Shown here one piece after another: positions 24,124 through 33,168 of a stretch of DNA of 50,215 nucleotides. This DNA comes from a virus. Lineage: Duplodnaviria > Caudoviricetes. The DNA lies in the IMG/VR virus record IMGVR_UViG_3300003967_000007, positions 1 through 50,215 of that record; one strand, written 5' to 3'. The position numbers and the translations under genes were made by a program. Each line of letters opens with the position of its first letter. Positions within the stretch are counted from its first letter, which is position 1. The notes under the pieces were generated by a model. That model had not been told where the DNA came from, searched no databases, and saw only the letters and a program-made list of their open reading frames with translations.

Positions 24124-24344
24124 CCTTCACCGCCCCGATTCCGCGCACCCCCTTCTGTGACGCCGTCGAAGTCGCCGCCCAGCACTGTCGCCACGAAGAG
24201 GCCCTAGGGCGCACGCCCAGCCAGGTGATCCGCTCGATCGGCCGGCATGATAGCGGCGGCGCCGATTGGCACGATGCCAGGCGCATCCTGGCCGATGCTT
24301 GGATCGAGATGCTTGTTCAAAGTTCCAGCGAGGACCCTTCCTGA
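24120..24344 (+). CDS. Hypothetical phage protein
   Basis: 74 aa; coupled to both neighbours. Confidence 0.55.
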   Translation: MTFTAPIPRTPFCDAVEVAAQHCRHEEALGRTPSQVIRSIGRHDSGGADWHDARRILADAWIEMLVQSSSEDPS

Positions 24345-25327
24345 TGCCGCGTATTCGCTCAGTCCATCCCGGTTTCTTCACCGATGACGCCTTCTGCGAA
24401 CTGTGCGAGGCAGCGCAGATCTTCTACATCGGCATCCTGACCGAGTGCGACGATCAAGGCATGTTCGAATGGAAGCCCGGCCAGTTGAAGCGCCGCCTTC
24501 GCTCGGGCAAGGACGGCGATGTAACCCCGCTGCTGGAGGAACTCGTTCGGCTTAATTGTATCCGCAGGGTGGAAATTGCCGGCCGTGAATATGGCGCAGT
24601 TCGGAACTTCAGGAAGTATCAGCGGCCGAAAAAGCCGAACGCGGTTCACCCCATCAATGACGAGTTGCGAACCTACGTCGCTTTAAGTGTCGCCAGTTCC
24701 GAACCGGAAGACGATGAAGCAGGAGAACAGGCGGAACTGGGCTTGCAGAGGGAGGAGGGAGGAGGGAGGAGAAAGGGTAAATCCTCACTACGTTCGGATT
24801 ACCCCGAGGCGTTCGAAGCGATTTGGTCAAGTTTGCCGAAGCGCAGCGGATCGAACGACAAGAAGCTCGCCTTCGGTGCGTGGAAAGCCCGGCAGGACGA
24901 AGGCCACACCGTCGAGGAAATGCAAGCGGGCGCTGAGCGTTACGCCAGATGGTGCCGCGCCACCGGCAAGGAGAACACCGAGAAAGTCCTGCAGGGCGCG
25001 ACCTTCCTGGGCCCTGCCGATCCACCGCATTTTGCCAATGACTGGCCTGTGCCGGGTCAGGTTGCAGCGGTATCTGCCGCGCCGTTGCCCTGCCACGACA
25101 GCCTGCTGCCATGGCGAGAGCGCATCATCGGCGCGTTCGGCGTGCCTTGCTGGAACAGCTGGTTCGCCAACTGCGAGGTTTCCAGGGTCGGGGATGACTT
25201 CACGCTCTTCGCTCCGACCAGACCGCGCGCCGACTACATCCGCAACAATTATTCCGGACCTATCGACCTGGTCTTCGGTGGCCGCGTGCTGATCTGCCAG
25301 GCCAAGGCAAAGGACGCCGCGGCATGA
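24344..25327 (+). CDS. Phage replication initiator-like protein
   Basis: MPRIRSVHPGFFTDD...DDQG...NFRKYQRP N-terminus, FEAIW..LPKR...ATFL middle domain, and a C-terminal WNSWF...APT...DYIRNNY segment resembling a DnaA N-terminal domain. Confidence 0.7.
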   Translation: MPRIRSVHPGFFTDDAFCELCEAAQIFYIGILTECDDQGMFEWKPGQLKRRLRSGKDGDVTPLLEELVRLNCIRRVEIAGREYGAVRNFRKYQRPKKPNAVHPINDELRTYVALSVASSEPEDDEAGEQAELGLQREEGGGRRKGKSSLRSDYPEAFEAIWSSLPKRSGSNDKKLAFGAWKARQDEGHTVEEMQAGAERYARWCRATGKENTEKVLQGATFLGPADPPHFANDWPVPGQVAAVSAAPLPCHDSLLPWRERIIGAFGVPCWNSWFANCEVSRVGDDFTLFAPTRPRADYIRNNYSGPIDLVFGGRVLICQAKAKDAAA

Positions 25328-25563
25328 ATGCGATGTTTCCTGGTTGGCTGCGTGCCTTTGGCCCACGGCAGCCCCGCAGTTCTCTGGGACGCCATGCGGC
25401 CGTCTCTCCCATGTCGCCCGAAGAATTCTCGGCGCTGCGCTGCATGGCCTGGACCGAGCGCGGCATCATCGTGATCAGCATCGACGAGGTGGCCGATGAC
25501 TGGCTGAAGCAGGCGCTGATCAACCTGGCCACCAAGCTGTTCGGCAAGAGGATGAAGAAATGA
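25324..25563 (+). CDS. Hypothetical phage protein
   Basis: 79 aa; ATGA overlaps on both sides. Confidence 0.6.
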   Translation: MNAMFPGWLRAFGPRQPRSSLGRHAAVSPMSPEEFSALRCMAWTERGIIVISIDEVADDWLKQALINLATKLFGKRMKK

Positions 25564-26165
25564 CCCAGCGCAACAAAGGCGGCCGTCCGGCTAAGCCCAT
25601 CGAGATGCCCGATATCCCCAAGCAGGAACGGCCGGCTGCTGACGGGCTGGTCTGGTATCTGACCCAGGCCAAGCGGACGGATGGGGCTTTCATTCAGGAT
25701 CTGGTCAAGCGTCTGATTGGACAGGGGTATGCGGCCTGGTGCCCGTATGGCCTGGTCACCCGCAGCCATGCCGGCAAGAAGACCATCAAGCTGGAGCCGT
25801 TATTCGCGCCGTTGATCTTTGTCGGCCTGCAGGTTGGTCAGCAGGGTATCGCCACGATGACCAAGACGATCGGCGTGGTCGACGTGGTGCGAAGCGACAC
25901 CCGCAAACCCCTGTCTATCTCTGCCCACGAGCTCGGCAAGCTCTGGGACGATCTCCAGGAACACGGTGGGGCGCGCCCTCTGCAGCCACCATCGCGCCGG
26001 CCATGGTTCAAAGAAGGCGATGCGGTGAAGATGAAGGACAGCATGTGGGCTGGCATGGAGGGCGTATTTAGTTGGTGTCGTGGCGAACGCGTCAAAATCT
26101 TGCTTGACACGGTGGGCGGGGTGATTCATGTAGAGACCACGCTCGACAAACTGGTGCGAGCGTGA
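25560..26165 (+). CDS. NusG-family antiterminator in the Q position
   Basis: WYLTQ...LIGQGYAAWCP...PLFAPLIFV (NGN domain) and FKEGDAVKMKDSMWAGMEGVF...RVKILL (KOW domain). Confidence 0.8.
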   Translation: MTQRNKGGRPAKPIEMPDIPKQERPAADGLVWYLTQAKRTDGAFIQDLVKRLIGQGYAAWCPYGLVTRSHAGKKTIKLEPLFAPLIFVGLQVGQQGIATMTKTIGVVDVVRSDTRKPLSISAHELGKLWDDLQEHGGARPLQPPSRRPWFKEGDAVKMKDSMWAGMEGVFSWCRGERVKILLDTVGGVIHVETTLDKLVRA

Positions 26166-26210
26166 TGAACGGCCGGGGAGGTTTTTCACCCGCCGTTTCT
26201 CGGTTATGGC

Positions 26211-26240
26211 GAAACCTCGCCGCCGAGGCTTTCTCTCTTT
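26211..26240 (+). terminator. Candidate intrinsic terminator before the late genes
   Basis: CCTCG-ccgc-CGAGG hairpin followed by CTTTCTCTCTTT. Confidence 0.4.
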
Positions 26241-26448
26241 CCATTCCGCGTCGATTAGAAGGCCGCACAGAGGCAGCAGCATTGCGCGCTGTCCCCTCAG
26301 CAGCCACCGCGCGCAAGCTGCGCCAGCGGGCCAGCGTGAGTCGATGCGACGCCATCTTGACGGCAGGCCGGGGGCCCCTGACACCCCCCGGGGCATGCGG
26401 GCGGGGTCGCCTACCGCGTCAAAACACCGAGCATGGGGTCCGAAAACC

Positions 26449-26675
26449 GGGTAACAGGGCCTGAGGTAACACGATGGCCCTCGTTTCCCAGGCCAAATAT
26501 GCCGAGTTGCACGGTGTCTCGCGCAAAACGGTCACGAAGTGGAAAGCTTCGGGTTATCTGACCCTTACGGACAGTTTCGTAGACGTAGAAGCCTCGGATA
26601 TTCGGCTGAAAGAGTTCGGCCTCGGCCGCTTCGCCAAAACTGTTACCCCCTCGAAGGGTAACAAGCAGGGTAACA
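26449..26675. repeat. (G)GGTAACA repeats around the terminase small subunit start
   Basis: Copies at 26449-26456, 26465-26471, 26656-26663 and 26668-26675, plus inverted TGTTACCC at 26641-26648. Confidence 0.7.
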
Positions 26676-27130
26676 GCCGGCCTGCCAGCAACACCGGCAC
26701 GAAACCAGCGCCAAGTAAGCCGCCGCCGCGACCCAAGACTGGCGACGAGGAAGAAGACCTCGGCAGTACCGACCTTGATCTTCTGCCCGCTGATTTTCTC
26801 GAAGGGCTGCTGGCTGGTCGCGTGCAGCCGATGCCGATCGCCGAGCGGCTCAAGGAAAATGGCCTGGCCGGCCAGCGTCTCCTCGAGATGCTCAAGAAGG
26901 CCGGCCTGCAGGTCGACCTGCCCGATGCCGAGGAAGTGTTTTTCGAGCAAGCCCGGTCCAACCGTGATGCCTGGCTGAATTGGCCGACAAGGGTCGCGCC
27001 AATGTTGGCCGCCGATCTGGGTATCGATGCCAGCGTGCTTACGGAGCATCTGATCAAGCATGTCCAGCAACACCTTGGCGAACTCGGCGAGCCAAACGCC
27101 GATTTCGGCGGACAGGGAAGCGAAGCGTGA
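26474..27130 (+). CDS. Terminase small subunit (Nu1-like)
   Basis: N-terminal HTH SQAKYAELHGVSRKTVTKWK; C-terminal RDAWLNWPTRVAPMLAADL; directly upstream of the large subunit. Confidence 0.85.
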   Translation: MALVSQAKYAELHGVSRKTVTKWKASGYLTLTDSFVDVEASDIRLKEFGLGRFAKTVTPSKGNKQGNSRPASNTGTKPAPSKPPPRPKTGDEEEDLGSTDLDLLPADFLEGLLAGRVQPMPIAERLKENGLAGQRLLEMLKKAGLQVDLPDAEEVFFEQARSNRDAWLNWPTRVAPMLAADLGIDASVLTEHLIKHVQQHLGELGEPNADFGGQGSEA

Positions 27131-29294
27131 ACGACTGAGGGCGGCCTGGCGTCGCGGCATGACGCCGCCGCCGCGTATCAGCGTACCGGACTGGGCTGAT
27201 CGCTACCGGTTCCTCGCACGAGAGGCCGGCAGCACGTCAGGTCGGTTCCGGACCAGCCAGGTGGAAATCGCCCGCGGGCCTATGCTGGCGGTGACCGAAC
27301 CCGGTGTGCGCACCATCACGGTGATGTGTGCCACCCAGCTGCTGAAGACCACGCTGCTGGAGAATGTATTCGGGTTTCATGCCCACCTGGATCCTTGCCC
27401 GATCCTGCTGGTGCAGCCCAAAGATGATGCGGCCGAAGCGTTCAGCAAGGAACGCATCCTGCCGATGATCAAGGCCACGCCCGTTTTGCGAGGCCTGATT
27501 TCGTCGAACCGCAGGAAGGCCGACAAGGTCGGGCGCGAGCAGCGCTACATTGACAAGGAGCCGGAGAACACCCTCACGTTTCTGAGGTTCCCCGGTGGAT
27601 TTCTGGCCCTGACCGGCGCCGGTAGCCCGGATAACCTGGCACGCCGTCCAGTCAAGAAGGTTCTTTACGACGAGATCGACAAGTACGCGCCGACGAAGGA
27701 AGGCAACACGCTCGCGCTGGGCGATGAACGCCTCGCCACCTTCACCGGCGGACAATCGATCCGGGCATGCTCGCCAACGATTGAAGAAGAGAGCGAGATC
27801 GAGAACAGCCACGCGCACTCTGATCAGCGCAAGGCATCGGTCAGTTGCCCGCATTGCAGCCATCGCCAGTTCCTCGATTTCTTCCAGCATGTTGATTGGG
27901 AGAAGCACAAGGATGAAGCCGGCGAGACGCTCGAACATCTGACAGGCACCGCCCAGCTGTTCTGCGAGGCCTGCCGCGAGCCATGGTCAGAAGGTGACCG
28001 GCTTCGTGCGCTGCAGACGATCCGCTGGCACCAGACGCGCACGTTTCGCTGCTGCGGACAGGTTCATTCGCCGCTTGACGCCTACTCCCGCGCATGGCGC
28101 GGCGGGGCAGACCTCGCGGAAGCCCCGGTCGATACGGTCTGGGATTGGTGGATAGAGGAAAGCCCCAGCCCGCGCTGGGCTGTGTACCGCGCAAAATGCC
28201 CGAGTTGTGGCGAGTGGGGTGTCTCGAACGATCATGCCGGCTTCCAGGCCGGCAAGCTGTACAGCCCCTGGGATCGGGACAGGCCTTCGGCACAGGCGCG
28301 CAAGTGGATCGACGCGCAGGGCGACGACACCATGCTACAGGCCTGGTGGAACACCCAGCAGGGTCTACCGCATCGGCCGAAAGTCGGCCGGGAAATGCGG
28401 GCGAGCAGGATGCTCGAGCGCCGCGAAGTCTGGGCAGGCCAGGTGCCTGCCGGCGCGGCTGTACTGACCGCGGCGGTCGATACTCAGGATGATCGCCTCT
28501 GCCTTGAAGTTGTGGCCTGGGGTCCCGGCGAGGAAAGCTGGTCGATCCTGTACACCGAGATCGAGGGCGATCCCGACGAGGACGAAGTCTGGCAGCAGCT
28601 GGACGAGATCCTGCAGCGCCCGCTCTATCGCGCCGATGGCCGGCCATTCGTGATCGCAGCAACCTGCGTCGATTCCGGCGGTCACCATACGCAGAAGGTC
28701 TATGCCTTCTGTCGCGCGCGCCGCAACCGCAAGGTCTGGGCGATCAAGGGCGCCAGCGAGCGCGGCGGCACCAGAACGCCTGTCTGGCCGCCGGTGAAGC
28801 TGAACAGAAAGTATTCGCGCGACTACAAGCCGGTGATCATCGGCACCAATGCCGCGAAGGACCGCATCTCGGCTTGCCTGCAGATCGATACTTCGGGCCC
28901 AGGCTACATGCATTTCCCCGCCGAGCGCGATGCGGGCTATTTCGCGCAACTGGCCGAGAGCAACAGGCTGGTGGTCAAAAAGGTCGGCGGGCGCTCTTTC
29001 CGCATCTGGGAAAAGAAGCGGGACCATGCCGACGAAGCGCTCGATTGCCGCGTCTATGCCTATGCAGCGCTCTGGGGGCTGATCGTCATGCACAAGCTTG
29101 ATCTGGCCCGCGAGGCAGAGAAGGTCGGCGCCACCGAAACACCGGTGATCCGTGCCGGCACCTCGGAAGCCCAGCGCCTTGAAGCCAACAACGAGGCCGC
29201 GCCTCCGCCGGAAGCCGGCTCGAAAGACGAAAAGCCGAAAACCCGCAAGCGGAAGATCGGCAAATCCAACTACCTGAAGGGACTGGGGCGGTAA
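27060..29294 (+). CDS. Terminase large subunit (lambda GpA family)
   Basis: ATQLLKT (Walker A variant), YDEIDKY, CPHC, VDTQDDR, VDSGGH, AIKG, EALDCRVYA; exact start uncertain. Confidence 0.95.
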   Translation: MSSNTLANSASQTPISADREAKRERLRAAWRRGMTPPPRISVPDWADRYRFLAREAGSTSGRFRTSQVEIARGPMLAVTEPGVRTITVMCATQLLKTTLLENVFGFHAHLDPCPILLVQPKDDAAEAFSKERILPMIKATPVLRGLISSNRRKADKVGREQRYIDKEPENTLTFLRFPGGFLALTGAGSPDNLARRPVKKVLYDEIDKYAPTKEGNTLALGDERLATFTGGQSIRACSPTIEEESEIENSHAHSDQRKASVSCPHCSHRQFLDFFQHVDWEKHKDEAGETLEHLTGTAQLFCEACREPWSEGDRLRALQTIRWHQTRTFRCCGQVHSPLDAYSRAWRGGADLAEAPVDTVWDWWIEESPSPRWAVYRAKCPSCGEWGVSNDHAGFQAGKLYSPWDRDRPSAQARKWIDAQGDDTMLQAWWNTQQGLPHRPKVGREMRASRMLERREVWAGQVPAGAAVLTAAVDTQDDRLCLEVVAWGPGEESWSILYTEIEGDPDEDEVWQQLDEILQRPLYRADGRPFVIAATCVDSGGHHTQKVYAFCRARRNRKVWAIKGASERGGTRTPVWPPVKLNRKYSRDYKPVIIGTNAAKDRISACLQIDTSGPGYMHFPAERDAGYFAQLAESNRLVVKKVGGRSFRIWEKKRDHADEALDCRVYAYAALWGLIVMHKLDLAREAEKVGATETPVIRAGTSEAQRLEANNEAAPPPEAGSKDEKPKTRKRKIGKSNYLKGLGR

Positions 29295-29497
29295 TGGCTT
29301 GGACGCAGGACGATCTTGATGCCCTGAAGCAGGCCCGCGCGGCCGGCGTCAAGCGCGTCAAGTATTCCGACGGCTCCGAAGTCGAATATGCCAGCTTCAG
29401 CGACATGAAGGCGCTGCAGGCCGAGATGGAGAACGAACTCAGCCCTGCCGCCAAGCCTTACCGAGCCTTCCGCGGCTCGCCGCGTTCAGGATATTGA
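29294..29497 (+). CDS. Head-tail joining protein (gpW-like)
   Basis: MAWTQDDLDALKQA...GVKRVKY..VEY.S; lies between terminase and portal. Confidence 0.85.
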   Translation: MAWTQDDLDALKQARAAGVKRVKYSDGSEVEYASFSDMKALQAEMENELSPAAKPYRAFRGSPRSGY

Positions 29498-31038
29498 GCA
29501 TGTCGGCTCGCATGAACAGCAAGTTGCTAGTGCCCATTCCTGGGACAGACCATTTCGTGCCGATCGGCGCGCTGCGTGAGAGCTTCGGCAATGCGCTGGG
29601 TCGCGTGCCGCAGGTACCGCACAATGCAGCCAGCACCGGCCGCCGGATGGGCGACTGGCGGCCGACCGGCAGCGGTCCGAACTCCGTTGTTGCGGCCAGC
29701 CAGCCCGAGCTTGTCCGTCGTTCCCGCGATTCGCGTCGCAATAACCCGATCGCCAAGCGCGCCCTTGACCTGTACGGCGTCCATATCGTTGGCACAGGCA
29801 TCGGCATGCGATCGGCCTGCCGCAACAAGAAGCTACGTGAACAACTGACCGAGCTTTGGAAAGAGCAGGTCAAGTACATGGATGCCGACGGCCACCTGCC
29901 GTACTACGGCCAGCAGACACTGGCGGTCAGCGAAATGGCGGAAGGCAGCGAATGCTTCGGCCGGTACCGTACGCGACGTAAGTCAGACGGCCTGCCGGTG
30001 CCGCTGCAGCTGCAGCTGCTGCCCACCGAGCAGGTGCCGCTGACCTACACGCAGACCTTCGGTGGCAACGGCATCGTGCAGGGTATCGAGCGCGATGCCA
30101 TCAGCCGCCGCACGGCCTACTGGGTGTATCAGCAGAACCCGGGCGAGGCCGCGGTCATTCCGGGTTCGATCAGCTACCAGCCGGTGCGCATCCCCGCCGG
30201 CGAGATGATGCACCTGTTCAATGCCATGGGCCGGATCGGCCAGTTGCGCGGATTGCCCTGGCTCGCAGCAGGCATCACCACCCTGTTCCAGGTGAACAGC
30301 TTCGTGGATGCCGAACTGCTGCGCAAGCAGATGGTCGCTAACATTGTCGGCTTCGTGAAGAAGGCCACCGGCAAGGATGTCGACGAGGAAGATCTCGCCA
30401 AGCACTGGGGCGAAGTTCTGAAGGAATATGGCGGGGAACTGCCGGCCGTGGCCATGGAACCCGGCACGATGCAGTACCTCGATCTGGGCGAGGACGTGCA
30501 GTTTACCCAGCCGGCCGATGTGGGCGGGTCGTTCGACCCCTTCCTGGGCTGGAATTACCGCAACGTCGCCTCCGCTGCCGGCCTGCTCTACGAGGAGCTG
30601 ACCGGTAACTGGAAGGACATGAACGACCGCACCTATCGCGCGGCGTTCAACACCTTCAAGCGGCAGGTGCGCCAGTGGCAGTGGAATCTGGTCGTGCATC
30701 AGATGAACGAGCCGACCTGGCGCAAATTCGTCGACTATGCCGTGGGCTACGGCATCGTGAAGGTGCCGAAGAGTGTCAGTGACGCTGATCTCTATGCCGT
30801 TACGCACCATCCCGAGCGGTGGGAATACGTCAATGCCAAGCAGGACGTCGAAGCCGTTCTGATGGAGGTCGAGGGCGGCCTGACCTCGCGCGAAGACGTG
30901 GTTGCCGAACGCGGCGACGACATCGAGGAAGTCGATACCAAGCGCGCGCGCGACCAGGCCCGGCAACTGTCGCTCGGCCTGCCCGAACCCAAGCGCGGTA
31001 AGCAGGCGCCTGCCGTACAGCCGGGAGCAGATGAATGA
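29494..31038 (+). CDS. Portal protein, lambda family
   Basis: RSRD.RRNN, PLQLQLL, GIERD, GQLRGLPW, YEELTG. Confidence 0.93.
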   Translation: MSMSARMNSKLLVPIPGTDHFVPIGALRESFGNALGRVPQVPHNAASTGRRMGDWRPTGSGPNSVVAASQPELVRRSRDSRRNNPIAKRALDLYGVHIVGTGIGMRSACRNKKLREQLTELWKEQVKYMDADGHLPYYGQQTLAVSEMAEGSECFGRYRTRRKSDGLPVPLQLQLLPTEQVPLTYTQTFGGNGIVQGIERDAISRRTAYWVYQQNPGEAAVIPGSISYQPVRIPAGEMMHLFNAMGRIGQLRGLPWLAAGITTLFQVNSFVDAELLRKQMVANIVGFVKKATGKDVDEEDLAKHWGEVLKEYGGELPAVAMEPGTMQYLDLGEDVQFTQPADVGGSFDPFLGWNYRNVASAAGLLYEELTGNWKDMNDRTYRAAFNTFKRQVRQWQWNLVVHQMNEPTWRKFVDYAVGYGIVKVPKSVSDADLYAVTHHPERWEYVNAKQDVEAVLMEVEGGLTSREDVVAERGDDIEEVDTKRARDQARQLSLGLPEPKRGKQAPAVQPGADE

Positions 31039-32366
31039 TAACCCGATCTGAATTTCTAGCCGAACTGGGCGGGCAGCCCCAGCTGGTCGACGAAGCACGC
31101 GGCCAGAGTTACATCAACGCCTTGATGGCGGAGCACCGCATGTCCGGTGACCGGATGGCTGAAGTGGCCACCTCTGGCGAAGACCGGTCGCGCAGCTACC
31201 AGGTCATCGACGGCATCGCCATCATCCCCATCGTCGGCTTCCTCTGGAGCCGGGCGGTCACCACTTGGTGGGGCGAGAGCCTGGCCAGCTATCCCGCGAT
31301 CTGCGACATGGTGGCGGATGCGGTGAATGACGCGAATATCCGCGCGGTGATCCTCGATATCGCCAGCCCGGGCGGCCTTGCCTCGGGGTGTCTCGATGCG
31401 GCGGAGAAGCTGGCCTCCCTGCGCGGCACCAAGCCGATCTATGCGGTGGTACCTGGCTGCGCGGCGTCTGCGGCCTACGCACTCGCGTGTGCCGCCGATC
31501 GCATCGTGATCAGCCAGGATGCCGATGTCGGCAGCATCGGCGTTTGCGCCATGCATGTCGATATGTCGGCCGCGCTGGAGCAGTGGGGGGTGAAAGTCAC
31601 TTTCCTCTACAAGGGCAAGCACAAGGTCGATGGTGCGCGGGAACTGCCGCTGAGCGATCAGGCGCGCAACGCCACGCTTCACAAGATGGAGATTCGCTAC
31701 ATCCGCTTCTGCGCGGTTGTGGCAGCCAATCGCGGCATGTCGGTGGATGCGGTCCGCGCCACCGAAGCCGCCGTCTATTGCGGCGATGACGCCGTGAAGG
31801 TCGGCCTCGCCGATGAAATTGCCACCATGGAGGAGGTCATCATGACCCTTAAGAGCAAGACCGCCGAGCCGGGTGCAAGCCTGGCGACGCCTTCCGCTGA
31901 TCCGGCCACGGCAGTACCGGGCGGCGAAACTGCCGCCGCGCCCGCTGCCGCCACGCCGGCGACGGAAACCACCCTGAACCCGCCGACGCTGCCAGCCGGC
32001 GAACAGGCTGCCGACCCGGGCGCCTTGGCCCAGGAATGCGCCACCGCCGGCCTGCCGGAGCTCACCGCCGGGCTGATCTCGGCGCGCGCGACCATGACGC
32101 AGGTCAAGGCACGCATCGCCGAGGGCAAGGAGATCAAGGCCACAGCCGCGAAGCTCGGTCTGCCGAGCATGGCCGCCACGCTGATCGCATCCGGCGTGAG
32201 CCTGGATGCCGCCCGCAACCTGCTGAATGAAGCCAAGGTCGCCGGTGAGGCGAAAACGCCCACGGACAGCACGGCTCCGGCGGCACAGCCGGGGCAGACC
32301 GCCCAGGCCGGCGCGATCGATGTGGCTTCGGTCTACGCCAAGCACAACCGCGCGAAAGAGCGGTAA
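31035..32366 (+). CDS. S49-family capsid maturation protease with C-terminal scaffold region
   Basis: LDIASPGG, AASAAYALA, VGSIGV, GKHKVDG, GLADEI. Confidence 0.92.
   Translation: MITRSEFLAELGGQPQLVDEARGQSYINALMAEHRMSGDRMAEVATSGEDRSRSYQVIDGIAIIPIVGFLWSRAVTTWWGESLASYPAICDMVADAVNDANIRAVILDIASPGGLASGCLDAAEKLASLRGTKPIYAVVPGCAASAAYALACAADRIVISQDADVGSIGVCAMHVDMSAALEQWGVKVTFLYKGKHKVDGARELPLSDQARNATLHKMEIRYIRFCAVVAANRGMSVDAVRATEAAVYCGDDAVKVGLADEIATMEEVIMTLKSKTAEPGASLATPSADPATAVPGGETAAAPAAATPATETTLNPPTLPAGEQAADPGALAQECATAGLPELTAGLISARATMTQVKARIAEGKEIKATAAKLGLPSMAATLIASGVSLDAARNLLNEAKVAGEAKTPTDSTAPAAQPGQTAQAGAIDVASVYAKHNRAKER
31842..32366 (+). CDS. Nested in-frame scaffold protein (Nu3-like)
   Basis: Perfect AGGAGGT at 31831-31837 precedes an in-frame ATG at 31842, right after the protease domain. 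Confidence 0.65.
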   Translation: MTLKSKTAEPGASLATPSADPATAVPGGETAAAPAAATPATETTLNPPTLPAGEQAADPGALAQECATAGLPELTAGLISARATMTQVKARIAEGKEIKATAAKLGLPSMAATLIASGVSLDAARNLLNEAKVAGEAKTPTDSTAPAAQPGQTAQAGAIDVASVYAKHNRAKER

Positions 32367-32428
32367 GCACTTCACCGCGGCACGCCGCACCCCACCAACA
32401 AACGAACTGCGACCCATAGGAGGGTTTT

Positions 32429-33100
32429 ATGCCCACTTTCCAGACTGAAGGCGTGCACGCTGGCGAACACCTCGTTTCCGAGGCGAATGGCTGGCGTTCC
32501 CGCGAAGCCGCAACCATCGCATCCGGTGCGGACCTGTCGGCTGCCACGGTTCTAGGCAAGATCACCATCGGTGCCAAGACGGCTGTCGGTGCCGCTGGCA
32601 CTCCGGCCCCGGCCGGCGCCACGATCACCGCTGCGCCGACGGCAGACGCGACCACCAAGGTCGGCGTTCATATCTTCCGCTGCATCGTCGGTGGTGCCGG
32701 CACTGCTTCGAAATGGGAACATACCGATCCCGATGGCGAAGTCGTCGGCGTTGCCACGGCTGGTTCGGTTTACACCGGCGGCGGCCTTGGCGGCCTGACC
32801 ATTACCGACACTGCCGCTGATCCGACGGCCGGCGAAGCCTTCAATGTCACGGTCTCAATGGCTGCCGCATCAGGCAAGTACGTTCAGTACGACCAGGACG
32901 GCACCGACGGTCGCCAGCATGCCGCCGGCGTGCTGTATGCCGCTGCTCTGGCCGCCTCGGCCGATGTCAGCGCGGCCATCCACGTCCGTGACTGTGAAGT
33001 CAACGGACTGGTGCTGGTCTGGCCGGACGATATCGAGGCCGGCGAAAAGACTGCGGCCATCGCGGAACTCGCCTCGCTGGGCATCATCGTTCGCAGCTAA
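32429..33100 (+). CDS. Head decoration protein
   Basis: EHLVSEANGWRSRE...TVLGKIT...DGTDG...AAGVLY...LGIIVR; precedes the major capsid gene. Confidence 0.85.
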   Translation: MPTFQTEGVHAGEHLVSEANGWRSREAATIASGADLSAATVLGKITIGAKTAVGAAGTPAPAGATITAAPTADATTKVGVHIFRCIVGGAGTASKWEHTDPDGEVVGVATAGSVYTGGGLGGLTITDTAADPTAGEAFNVTVSMAAASGKYVQYDQDGTDGRQHAAGVLYAAALAASADVSAAIHVRDCEVNGLVLVWPDDIEAGEKTAAIAELASLGIIVRS

Positions 33101-33168
33101 AACTTGCCGGCGGCGGCTCTGCCCTAGGCCGGAAACCTTCACCGAAAACCCAAACTGGAGAACCGGCC

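Noticed and set aside
26405-26420. RfaH ops-like element (GCGGTAG)
   Set aside because: It is a partial match on the strand opposite to late transcription.
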